From assembly GCA_006546595.1 (NCBI GenBank), contig VIAD01000007.1, positions 146,853 to 170,852 of the forward strand: a stretch of 24,000 nucleotides of DNA. The letters are read 5' to 3'. Shown here piece by piece: positions 1 to 7,620 of this stretch (positions are counted from its first letter, which is position 1; the number at the start of each line of letters is the position of its first letter). Both the position numbers and the translations under genes were made by a program. Origin of the DNA: Moraxellaceae bacterium AER2_44_116 (GTDB lineage Bacteria > Pseudomonadota > Gammaproteobacteria > Pseudomonadales > Moraxellaceae). Under the pieces are notes generated by a model that saw only the letters and a list, made by a program, of their open reading frames with translations, searched no databases and had not been told where the DNA came from.

Positions 1-442
1 ACACAATCGGCATCATACGTTTTTCAGGAGGGAACAGCATGAACAACGCGGCCATCGTCGTTGGAATCATCCCGCCGCCCAAAAAGCCTTGAATCGTTCT
101 AAACACTAATAACGACGGTAAACTCCATGCAAAGGCACAGGCCAAACTGGCCAACGCAAATCCTGTTGCACTAATGACAAAATAAATGCGCGTTGACATC
201 ATGCGCGATAAATAACTCGATAACGGAATCGCAATCACTTCGGCAATTAAATAACTGGTTTGTACCCATGCTATTTCGCTCGAACTGGCACTCATGCCCG
301 CTTGTAATTCATTTAACGAACTGGCAACGATTTGAATGTCTAAAATCGCCATAAAATTGCCAAAAATCAACGCACAAAAGGCAATCCATGCCCTTTTATA
401 CGCGGCTTTTTGCTCGGGGGTTTCAGCCGAAGTCGTGGTCAT
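1..442 (-). CDS. DHA2-type MFS multidrug efflux permease (EmrB-like), 3' part outside window
   Basis: Manual translation from the ATG at 442 gives MTTTSAETPEQKAAYKRAWIAFCALIFGNFMAILDIQIVASSLNELQAGMSASSSEIAWVQTSYLIAEVIAIPLSGYLSR..., typical of the DHA2/EmrB N-terminus. It overlaps the stop of the upstream adaptor gene by 4 nt (ATGA), indicating coupling. Confidence 0.88.
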   Translation of the reverse strand, partial: MTTTSAETPEQKAAYKRAWIAFCALIFGNFMAILDIQIVASSLNELQAGMSASSSEIAWVQTSYLIAEVIAIPLSSYLSRMMSTRIYFVISATGFALASLACAFAWSLPSLLVFRTIQGFLGGGMIPTTMAALFMLFPPEKRMMPIV

Positions 443-1467
443 TTGAGACTTACCGTCACTTCAGCCGACATTCCCGGCCTTAATACCAACAATTCATTGC
501 CGCTATCTAGTAACACTTTTACCGATAAACGCTGGACAATTTTATTAAAATTACCTGTGGCATTGTCAGGCGGCAACAACGCAAACTCAGCACCCGAGGC
601 AGGCGACACACTTTGAATATGACCCAGAAAATGTTGTTTAGGATAGGCATCGACTTTAATTTCGGCACGTTGACCGACTTGCATTTGGGTTAATTGCGTT
701 TCTTTAAAGTTAGCTTCAACAAAGACATTCGCTAACGGCACAATGGCTAACAAACGACTACCACCAACGACACGACTGCCCAAACGGGCGGCAAAATTGC
801 CAATTACTCCATCAATCGGCGCACGCACTTCGGTGGCCGCCAAATCTAATTCAGCGAGTTTTAGTGTGGCTTTTGCCGCTGCTATTTCCGCTAAGGCTTG
901 TTCACGCCCCGACCCCACACTTTTCTTTTGCGCTTGCGCGGCAGCAATACTGGCCGCAGCACGTTGACTGTTGGCGACGGCTGATTGATAAGCAGCAACC
1001 GCACTTTCTAAACGCTGTTTCGTCGCCACACCTTCCGCGACTAAGGCTTTGGCACGTTGCCATTCTTGTTGCAATCTTAACTCTTCCGCTTTAGCGGCTT
1101 GGAGATTGGCTTGGGCTTCATTAATTAATTCGCCTTGGGTATTTTCTTGTTGGCCGTTGGTGGTTAACGCCGCCTCACGCATGGCAACTATCGCTTTAGC
1201 ATTTGCTACTTTCGCTTGATAATCGGCATCTTCAATTTTTAGCAGTAAATCGCCTGTTTTAACGGCTTGATTGTTTTTGACTAACAAATGCACAATCTCA
1301 CCGCCGACACGCGGCGTAATAAATGTGGTGTCAGCTCGAATATAAGCGTTATCGGTGGTCTCATGAAAACGGCCATAACTATACCAACGTATGCCCAAAC
1401 CAATCGCAGCAATGACTAACAAGCCAATAATAATAAACGGTAACTTTTGCGATGATGCGTTACTCAT
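439..1467 (-). CDS. emrA: HlyD/EmrA-family membrane fusion (periplasmic adaptor) protein
   Basis: 342 aa ORF with one N-terminal TM segment, the motif DTTFITPRVGGEIVHLLVKNNQAVKTGDLLLKIEDADYQ, a coiled-coil region and the C-terminal EANFKETQLTQMQVGQRAEIKVDAYP signature. Confidence 0.9.
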   Translation of the reverse strand: MSNASSQKLPFIIIGLLVIAAIGLGIRWYSYGRFHETTDNAYIRADTTFITPRVGGEIVHLLVKNNQAVKTGDLLLKIEDADYQAKVANAKAIVAMREAALTTNGQQENTQGELINEAQANLQAAKAEELRLQQEWQRAKALVAEGVATKQRLESAVAAYQSAVANSQRAAASIAAAQAQKKSVGSGREQALAEIAAAKATLKLAELDLAATEVRAPIDGVIGNFAARLGSRVVGGSRLLAIVPLANVFVEANFKETQLTQMQVGQRAEIKVDAYPKQHFLGHIQSVSPASGAEFALLPPDNATGNFNKIVQRLSVKVLLDSGNELLVLRPGMSAEVTVSLK

Positions 1468-1523
1468 AAGTCGGGACTCAAAGGTGAATAGTTGGCTTGT
1501 ATTTTATGATGCTGGCTGATAAT

Positions 1524-1543
1524 GTACTGAACAGTACAGTTCA
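1524..1543. promoter_or_regulatory. Candidate TetR-family operator: nested palindromes GTACTGAACAGTAC (1524-1537) and TGAACAGTACAGTTCA (1528-1543)
   Basis: Dyad symmetry read directly in the sequence, in the divergent intergenic region between the adaptor gene and the TetR gene. Confidence 0.55.
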
Positions 1544-1555
1544 ATTCAAGTTATT

Positions 1556-2197
1556 ATGATGAAAAAAATAAAACTCAGTTTTTCCTGCTGTCCCGCCACT
1601 CCCCGCGGTGAATTACGCCGAGATGCCTTGTTAGACGCAGCACGACAGATTTTTTTAGAAAAGGGCTATTCTGGCACGAGCATTGATGAAGTTGTCCAAC
1701 GAACAGGCGGCTCTAAAGCCAGTGTTTATAAATACTTTGGCAGTAAAGAAGGCTTATTTGCCGAGATGTTTGGCACACATTGTCAGGTTTTTTTAGCGAC
1801 ATTACAGATTCCTAATGAACTCAGCGATAATCTCGAACAAACATTGACCCAATTTGCGGAACGCGTCTTAGTAGCCTTTGTTGACCCTGAACGCATTGCC
1901 ATGATTCGCGCATTAGTTGCCGAAGCGGCACGGTTTCCTGATTTGGCTGAAATGGCCTACAACACAGGGCCTAAATATGGCTTAGGCTTATTGGCTGATT
2001 TTCTACAACGCCACCATCAAGCGGGCGTGATCAACTGCCCTCACCCTGACATTGCCGCTATTCAATTTATGGAGATGATAAAAGGTCATGTTCAATGGCG
2101 TGCGTTATTAGGCTTACCTGCCTTTCCTGACCATCTCAATCGTGAAAATTATATTAAAGAAGCAATACGGGTCTTTTTACGAGGCTATCAGGTATGA
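1556..2197 (+). CDS. TetR/AcrR-family transcriptional regulator of the efflux operon
   Basis: N-terminal HTH: RRDALLDAARQIFLEKGYSGTSIDEVVQRTGGSKASVYKYFGSKEGLFAEMF. Divergent from the EmrA-like gene. Confidence 0.9.
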   Translation: MMKKIKLSFSCCPATPRGELRRDALLDAARQIFLEKGYSGTSIDEVVQRTGGSKASVYKYFGSKEGLFAEMFGTHCQVFLATLQIPNELSDNLEQTLTQFAERVLVAFVDPERIAMIRALVAEAARFPDLAEMAYNTGPKYGLGLLADFLQRHHQAGVINCPHPDIAAIQFMEMIKGHVQWRALLGLPAFPDHLNRENYIKEAIRVFLRGYQV

Positions 2198-3450
2198 GAA
2201 AGCTGTTGTTGAGTCTGATGTGTTTGCCACTATTGGCACAAGCACAAAACTTACCCGAAACCGTTAAATTAGCTCTCGCTTATCATCCACAGCTTCAAGC
2301 CGCCGAACAAAACATCGTCGCAAAACAAGCGTCTGTCAGCCTCAGTGAAAGCGCATTAAAGCCGCAATTATGGCTATCAGGTGAAATAGGTCGTTCGAGC
2401 TTAGAAACGACCGCACCTTTTCCTGAGTCGGGTGGGCGTTGGCCAAATACGATTAACTTGTTACTGAGTCAGCCGCTTTATACCTCAGGTGCGCTCAATA
2501 CGGCGGTTGATATTGCCAAACTCAATGTTTCCGTCAGTGAGCAACATCGGGAAGCACTACGCGTCAATATCGCCATTCAAGCGATTGCCGCATATGCCGC
2601 AATTGTTCGTGACCAATCTTTATTAGCGTTATATCAACAATCCCTTAAAACGCTACAACAAGCGAAAACGGATGCCGATAAACGCTTTAAAGCAGGCGAA
2701 GTCACTAAAACGGATACGGCACAAGCGGCGGCACGTTTAGCCGAAGGCGAAGCTCAAATTACCCAAGCACAAGCCAACATTGCGGTAAGTGAAGCACAGT
2801 TTTTTCGCGTGACAGGCGCAACAGCACACAATGTCAACTCAGATTTACCTGTATTAGCCATTCCTGCGGACTTAAATGCTGCGCTAGAAAAGTCCTTGCA
2901 ATCTCCTTCTATTAAAGCCGCGCAAGAAGAAACATTAGCCGCACAAAAAACCATTCATTTAGCCGAAGCCGAAAACAAAGTACGCGTGACTGCCGAAGCC
3001 CGCGCAACCACTCAAGATAATACTGACTTTGGCTATGACCGCATGAATGGTTGGGGTGTTTATATCAAAGCACAAGTCCCTCTGTACGAAGGTGGCCGCA
3101 GTGTTGCTAAAGTGAGCGAGGCCAGCGCGTACACCAGTGCCGCACAACGGAACACCGACAATATTACCGCCGACGTTAAACAGCAAATGACGACCGCGTG
3201 GCAACATTGGCAAGCTGCAAGTGCCCGTGTTCCTGCTTATCAAGCACAAGTAAAGGCCGCAGAATTGGCCTTAGACAGCACGCGTAAAGAGCTAAACGTC
3301 GGCACTCGCACGACGCTAGACTTATTAAATGCCGAACGCGAACTGTTATCGGCTAAAATTAATCTATTATTCAGTGAGCAAGATAAAAGCCTCGCCTCTT
3401 ACCAGATTTTAGCGGTGATTGGCGATTTGTCGGTATTAACCCACGAGTAA
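2194..3450 (+). CDS. TolC-family outer membrane efflux protein
   Basis: 418 aa with signal peptide (MRKLLLSLMCLPLLAQAQ) and repeated coiled-coil halves (KLALAYHPQLQAAEQNI..., GTRTTLDLLNAERELLSAKINL). It overlaps the TetR stop by 4 nt. Confidence 0.9.
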   Translation: MRKLLLSLMCLPLLAQAQNLPETVKLALAYHPQLQAAEQNIVAKQASVSLSESALKPQLWLSGEIGRSSLETTAPFPESGGRWPNTINLLLSQPLYTSGALNTAVDIAKLNVSVSEQHREALRVNIAIQAIAAYAAIVRDQSLLALYQQSLKTLQQAKTDADKRFKAGEVTKTDTAQAAARLAEGEAQITQAQANIAVSEAQFFRVTGATAHNVNSDLPVLAIPADLNAALEKSLQSPSIKAAQEETLAAQKTIHLAEAENKVRVTAEARATTQDNTDFGYDRMNGWGVYIKAQVPLYEGGRSVAKVSEASAYTSAAQRNTDNITADVKQQMTTAWQHWQAASARVPAYQAQVKAAELALDSTRKELNVGTRTTLDLLNAERELLSAKINLLFSEQDKSLASYQILAVIGDLSVLTHE

Positions 3451-3456
3451 ACCATC

Positions 3457-3921
3457 ATGAGCCATCAGGGTACGTTATCGGAAGAAGATTTTAAGGTAGA
3501 AGGTCATTGCTGCGCAGTGACTTTTCCTGCCATTAAAACAATGGAAAATGGTATTGATTTTCAAGCAGATGAAGCCGTAAAGGCTTATATGGCGGAGCAT
3601 TATAAAATGACATTAACGACATCAAATACAAAGAAAACTGATAATGAAGCGCTGACCATTATTAAAGATAAAGAAAATGGACATACTCTTGGGGCTCTTC
3701 AATCGCAACTTCGCCTTCATGACTTGGCGGGAAATTACAGTGAGGCTATCAATTTATGCCATCAAATATTAGAAGTCGATGGCTATTTCAATGGTTCTTT
3801 TCATTTTTCACACTCTGTTTATCTAGATAGAATTGCCACATATTACAAACTATCTGGAAATGAACTACTAGCAAACAGTTATAATAAACAAGCTTATGAA
3901 ATGAGAATGGCGTGTCGGTAA
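3457..3921 (+). CDS. Hypothetical protein, C-terminal half TPR-like
   Basis: 154 aa ORF starting 6 nt after the TolC-like stop. The C-terminal segment AGNYSEAINLCHQILEVDG...LDRIATYYKLSGNELLANSYNKQAYEMR resembles helical repeats. The N-terminal half was not recognised. Confidence 0.6.
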   Translation: MSHQGTLSEEDFKVEGHCCAVTFPAIKTMENGIDFQADEAVKAYMAEHYKMTLTTSNTKKTDNEALTIIKDKENGHTLGALQSQLRLHDLAGNYSEAINLCHQILEVDGYFNGSFHFSHSVYLDRIATYYKLSGNELLANSYNKQAYEMRMACR

Positions 3922-3965
3922 ATACAGGACATATACACGTAGTAGCCATAACCCGACCTACGCAG

Positions 3966-4214
3966 CTAATCACTTACCCGTACCATGCTAATCGCATCAA
4001 AGGGACACACCGCATAACACTTAGCACAGCCTGTACAATCATCCGCATTATGCAACACCGCACTCTTCTTGCCCCAGCCATTTGGCCGTTCTGCTTCCAA
4101 CCACAGCACATGCGGTGGGCAAACTGCAACACAACGACCACAGCCAGTGCAGTCGTCTGTATTGATTAGAGGAAGCGCCAACGGTATTTTTCCTAGCATT
4201 AAGGCACACCCCAA
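3966..4214 (-). CDS. Small 2[4Fe-4S] ferredoxin
   Basis: Two CxxCxxCxxxCP motifs: CTGCGRCVAVCP and CTGCAKCYAVCP. Start is uncertain: TTG at 4214, or ATG at 4199. Confidence 0.82.
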   Translation of the reverse strand: MGCALMLGKIPLALPLINTDDCTGCGRCVAVCPPHVLWLEAERPNGWGKKSAVLHNADDCTGCAKCYAVCPFDAISMVRVSD

Positions 4215-4216
4215 AG

Positions 4217-4927
4217 CTACGGTTTAGCCAAATAATCCGCCATCGCCGCAAAGAGCACAAAACAGCTTTCTAATACTTCATCAAACGGTTGGGCAAAACC
4301 ACTATGTACCCAGCGCATGACTATATGGACATTTGCGCCATTTAAGCCTGCGGTGAGCAAATCCACATTCAAGCCTGTTTCGGCAAATCGGGGAAACATC
4401 ACTTGGCCAAATTGCTGTAACAGCGTATCAAAACTACTCATGGTGTCGCGAATCAATACTGCATTTTCAAAACGTACATGCGGCACATCAATAAATAAAA
4501 TACGGGCAATACGAGGATCATTCGACACGTAACGTAAAAACACCGTGAGTCCCAGCCGAATCAAATGTTTTGGCTCTTTGTTTTCTTCCGCTAATATCGT
4601 ACTAATAATGACCTGCTGCATGCCCTTAATCAGTCGCTGATATATCGCCACTAATAATTCTTCGTGATTTTTAAACGACTCATAAAAATAGCGTTCGGTG
4701 AGTTTAGCTTCGGCACAAATTTCACGCACCGTCACGCGATAAAAACCGTGCGTACCAAAACATTGTAAGCCCGCTTCTATTAACTTTTCGTAACGCTCAG
4801 CTTGCCGTTGTTCGGCGCTCACTCCACGAAAACTACGGCGTTTTTTATCTGACAGCTCTTTGTCATCGGTCAATGGTTCAGTCATTTTGAAAAATAACTC
4901 ACTAATTTCGATTTCAGATGTTGACAT
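4217..4927 (-). CDS. TetR-family transcriptional regulator
   Basis: 236 aa. HTH: YEKLIEAGLQCFGTHGFYRVTVREICAEAKLTERYFYESFKNHEELLVAIYQRL. Its stop lies directly before the ferredoxin start and it is divergent from the flavin monooxygenase. Confidence 0.9.
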   Translation of the reverse strand: MSTSEIEISELFFKMTEPLTDDKELSDKKRRSFRGVSAEQRQAERYEKLIEAGLQCFGTHGFYRVTVREICAEAKLTERYFYESFKNHEELLVAIYQRLIKGMQQVIISTILAEENKEPKHLIRLGLTVFLRYVSNDPRIARILFIDVPHVRFENAVLIRDTMSSFDTLLQQFGQVMFPRFAETGLNVDLLTAGLNGANVHIVMRWVHSGFAQPFDEVLESCFVLFAAMADYLAKP

Positions 4928-4931
4928 CGCT

Positions 4932-4957
4932 TGTTGTCAATTATAAAGTTGACAACA
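4932..4957. promoter_or_regulatory. Candidate TetR operator, perfect 9-bp dyad TGTTGTCAA-N8-TTGACAACA
   Basis: Arms 4932-4940 and 4949-4957 are exact reverse complements, 5 bp upstream of the TetR start codon. A TATAAA-like sequence lies in the spacer. Confidence 0.6.
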
Positions 4958-4969
4958 CACAATGTCCAC

Positions 4970-5063
4970 AACTTACGCATTGCTTGGCAATGATTGTGTT
5001 TTGGGAACAGTAAATGACCAACAGGCATTTACTGTGAGCAAATAAACAATCACCGCGTAGGTT
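4970..5063 (+). repeat. Diverged third copy of the structured 97-bp element family
   Basis: AACTTACGC...GCGTAGGTT termini, TGTGAGCAAATAAACAATCACCGCGTA block similar to TGTGAACAAATAAGCGATAACCGCGTA of the other copies, and the same order of internal hairpins. Confidence 0.7.
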
Positions 5064-5089
5064 ATAACAACCTAGTTGGTATTAAGTAA

Positions 5090-6556
5090 ATGACAACGAT
5101 TAGTCCTGATTATCAAGTTATTGTCGTCGGCACAGGTTTTTCTGGCCTCGGAATGGGTATTGCCTTGAAAAAAGCAGGCATCAACTCCTTTGCCATTTTA
5201 GAAAAAGCCGATGATGTTGGCGGCACATGGCGCGACAACCATTACCCTGGTTGTGCTTGTGACGTGCAATCACACCTATATTCTTTCTCGTTTGAGCCTA
5301 ATCCAAACTGGACACGGATGTATGCGCCTCAGCCAGAAATCAAAAAATACTTGCAACACTGTGCGCGTAAATACGGTTTAATGCCACAAATTCAGTTTGG
5401 CCAAGAAGTCAAAAAAGCTATTTATGACGAACAAAATAAACTTTGGCGTTTAGAAACAGCCGCAGGTAAAACGATTACCTCGCGTATGGTCGTTTCAGGC
5501 ATGGGCGGTTTAAGTACCGCTGCTTACCCTAATATCAAAGGCTTAAATACCTTTAAAGGCAAAACCTTCCACTCACAGGATTGGGATCACGATTACCCAT
5601 TAACAGGTAAACGTGTTGCCGTGATTGGTACAGGCGCAAGTGCAATTCAATTTGTGCCGCAAATCGTGCCACAAGTCGCGCATTTAGACTTATACCAACG
5701 CACACCACCGTGGATTATGCCGAAGCCTGACCGTGAAATTACTTCAGCCGAACGCACTTTGTTTAAATATGTGCCCAAAAGCCAAGAGGCAATTCGCAAC
5801 GCCATTTACTTGCAATTAGAAAGTCGTGTTTTAGGTTTTGTACTCAATCCACGCGTCATGAAATTACCTGAACTCCAAGCACGTCGTCATATTCGCCAAG
5901 CGATTAAAGACCCTGTTTTACGGAAAAAAGTGACACCCGATTACGCTTTTGGTTGTAAGCGAGTGTTGATTTCTAATGATTATTTACCTTCTTTAGCCAA
6001 ACCGAATGTTGATGTCATTAGTCATGGCATTAAAGAAGTACGAGCGAATAGCATCGTCACCGATGACGGCCAAGAACGCATCGTCGATGCCATTATTTAT
6101 GGCACAGGCTTTAAAGCGCAAGACCCTATTCCGCGTGGCGCAGTGTTTGGCAAAAAAGGCGTTGATTTAATTGATACATGGCAACAAGGCGCACAGGCCT
6201 ATTTAGGCAGTGCGGTGAATGGTTTCCCTAACTTCTTTATGTTGATGGGGCCAAACACAGGCTTAGGTCATAGCTCGATGGTGTTTATGATTGAGTCACA
6301 AATTGCCTATGTCATGGACTGCTTAAAACAAATGCAAAAAAATGGCTGGAAAGAAGTCGATGTTCGTGCTGAAGCACAACAAAGCTTTAATACCGACTTG
6401 CAAGAAAAGCTAGGCAACTCGGTGTGGAGTACGGGCTGTAAGAGTTGGTACGTCAATGCGGATGGCAAAAACACGACGTTATGGCCGGGCTTTACCTTCG
6501 ACTTCCGTCGTCAAACTGCCAATTTTGACGCTAAAAACTATGCGGTTGAGCAGTAA
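5090..6556 (+). CDS. Flavin-containing / Baeyer-Villiger-type monooxygenase
   Basis: 488 aa. N-terminal FAD motif VVGTGFSGLG, BVMO fingerprint FxGxxxHxxxWD (FKGKTFHSQDWD), and a second nucleotide-binding motif VIGTGASAIQ. Confidence 0.9.
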   Translation: MTTISPDYQVIVVGTGFSGLGMGIALKKAGINSFAILEKADDVGGTWRDNHYPGCACDVQSHLYSFSFEPNPNWTRMYAPQPEIKKYLQHCARKYGLMPQIQFGQEVKKAIYDEQNKLWRLETAAGKTITSRMVVSGMGGLSTAAYPNIKGLNTFKGKTFHSQDWDHDYPLTGKRVAVIGTGASAIQFVPQIVPQVAHLDLYQRTPPWIMPKPDREITSAERTLFKYVPKSQEAIRNAIYLQLESRVLGFVLNPRVMKLPELQARRHIRQAIKDPVLRKKVTPDYAFGCKRVLISNDYLPSLAKPNVDVISHGIKEVRANSIVTDDGQERIVDAIIYGTGFKAQDPIPRGAVFGKKGVDLIDTWQQGAQAYLGSAVNGFPNFFMLMGPNTGLGHSSMVFMIESQIAYVMDCLKQMQKNGWKEVDVRAEAQQSFNTDLQEKLGNSVWSTGCKSWYVNADGKNTTLWPGFTFDFRRQTANFDAKNYAVEQ

Positions 6557-6572
6557 AAATCCATCACCCCAA

Positions 6573-6593
6573 CCCTCTCCCAATCGGAGAGGG
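6573..6593. repeat. Short hairpin CCCTCTCC-CAATC-GGAGAGGG
   Basis: Perfect 8-bp arms 17 nt after the monooxygenase stop. No T-tract follows. Confidence 0.5.
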
Positions 6594-6630
6594 AATAACA
6601 CTCACCATTTTCAGATTTAGGAAAACACTC

Positions 6631-7461
6631 ATGAAATTATTTGCTAACAAAGTCGCGGCGATTACAGGTGCAGGTTCAGGTATTGGTCGGGCGTTGGCTC
6701 TCAATTTAGCCCAACAAGGCTGTCATTTAGCGTTAAGCGATGTCAACGAACAAGGCTTAGCGGAAACAGTTAAACAGGCTCAGTCTTTTGGTGTCAAAGT
6801 CACTAGCCAAAAATTAGATGTTGCCAATAAAGACGGTGTTCATGCGTGGGCAGATAGCGTGGTTCGAGACCACGGCAAAGTAAATCTTATCTTCAATAAT
6901 GCGGGCGTTGCTTTGGGTAGTACCGTCGAAGGCATGAGCTACGACGAATTAGCATGGGTGATGAATATTAACTTTTGGGGCGTTGTTTACGGCACGAAAG
7001 CCTTTTTACCGTACCTAAAAGCATCAGGCGATGGCCATATTGTTAATGTATCGAGTGTATTTGGCCTTTGCGCACAACCGACACAAAGCGCGTACAACGC
7101 CAGTAAATTTGCGGTGCGTGGTTTTACCGAAGCCTTGCGTCAAGAATTAGATTTAGAAAAAGCCCCTGTCAGCGTGACCTGTGTTCACCCCGGTGGTATT
7201 AAAACCAATATTGCCAAAGCAGCAAAGATGAATGACAGCATCAGAAGCGTTGGTTTAGACCCGTCAACCAGCACTAAAAATTTCGAGAAAATGTTCCGCA
7301 CCACACCCGCAGAGGCGGCTAACGTTATTTTGAATGCCGTACAAAAAGACTCTCGCCGCGTGTTAATTGGTGGTGATGCCTATGTCATTGATGCGATGCA
7401 ACGTTTGTTGCCAACGAGCTATCAAAGACTGGTAACAATGGGTACACGGTTTATGAAGTAA
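6631..7461 (+). CDS. Short-chain dehydrogenase/reductase (SDR)
   Basis: 276 aa. TGxxxGIG (TGAGSGIG), NNAG and YxxxK (YNASK) motifs, all canonical for classical SDRs. Confidence 0.93.
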   Translation: MKLFANKVAAITGAGSGIGRALALNLAQQGCHLALSDVNEQGLAETVKQAQSFGVKVTSQKLDVANKDGVHAWADSVVRDHGKVNLIFNNAGVALGSTVEGMSYDELAWVMNINFWGVVYGTKAFLPYLKASGDGHIVNVSSVFGLCAQPTQSAYNASKFAVRGFTEALRQELDLEKAPVSVTCVHPGGIKTNIAKAAKMNDSIRSVGLDPSTSTKNFEKMFRTTPAEAANVILNAVQKDSRRVLIGGDAYVIDAMQRLLPTSYQRLVTMGTRFMK

Positions 7462-7473
7462 CTGTCGTCAAGC

Positions 7474-7496
7474 AGGGTGGATTAATAACCCACCCT
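7474..7496. terminator. Candidate hairpin AGGGTGG-N9-CCACCCT downstream of the SDR gene
   Basis: 7-bp perfect arms 13 bp after the SDR stop. No clear poly-T tract, so the terminator role is tentative. Confidence 0.4.
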
Positions 7497-7500
7497 ACAA

Positions 7501-7620
7501 CTAAGTACATCAACAAAAGTTTATTTGTATTTTCCGTTCGCACTGAGCTTGTCGAAGTGTTTGCTGCCAATGGTTCGACAAGCTCACCATGAGCGGTGAA
7601 ACTTTTGTGTAGGTACTTAA
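7501..7620. repeat. MITE-like element with about 22-bp imperfect terminal inverted repeats and a central 12-bp hairpin
   Basis: Left end CTAAGTACATCAACAAAAGTTT pairs with right end AAACTTTTGTGTAGGTACTTAA (18/22). Inner arms are GAGCTTGTCGAA (7545-7556) and TTCGACAAGCTC (7574-7585). Confidence 0.6.

Noticed and set aside
4048-4260. 70-aa minus-strand ORF rich in Arg/Trp overlapping the ferredoxin
   Set aside because: It is a shifted frame of the 2[4Fe-4S] ferredoxin and TetR 3' end, both of which have clear motifs in their own frames.
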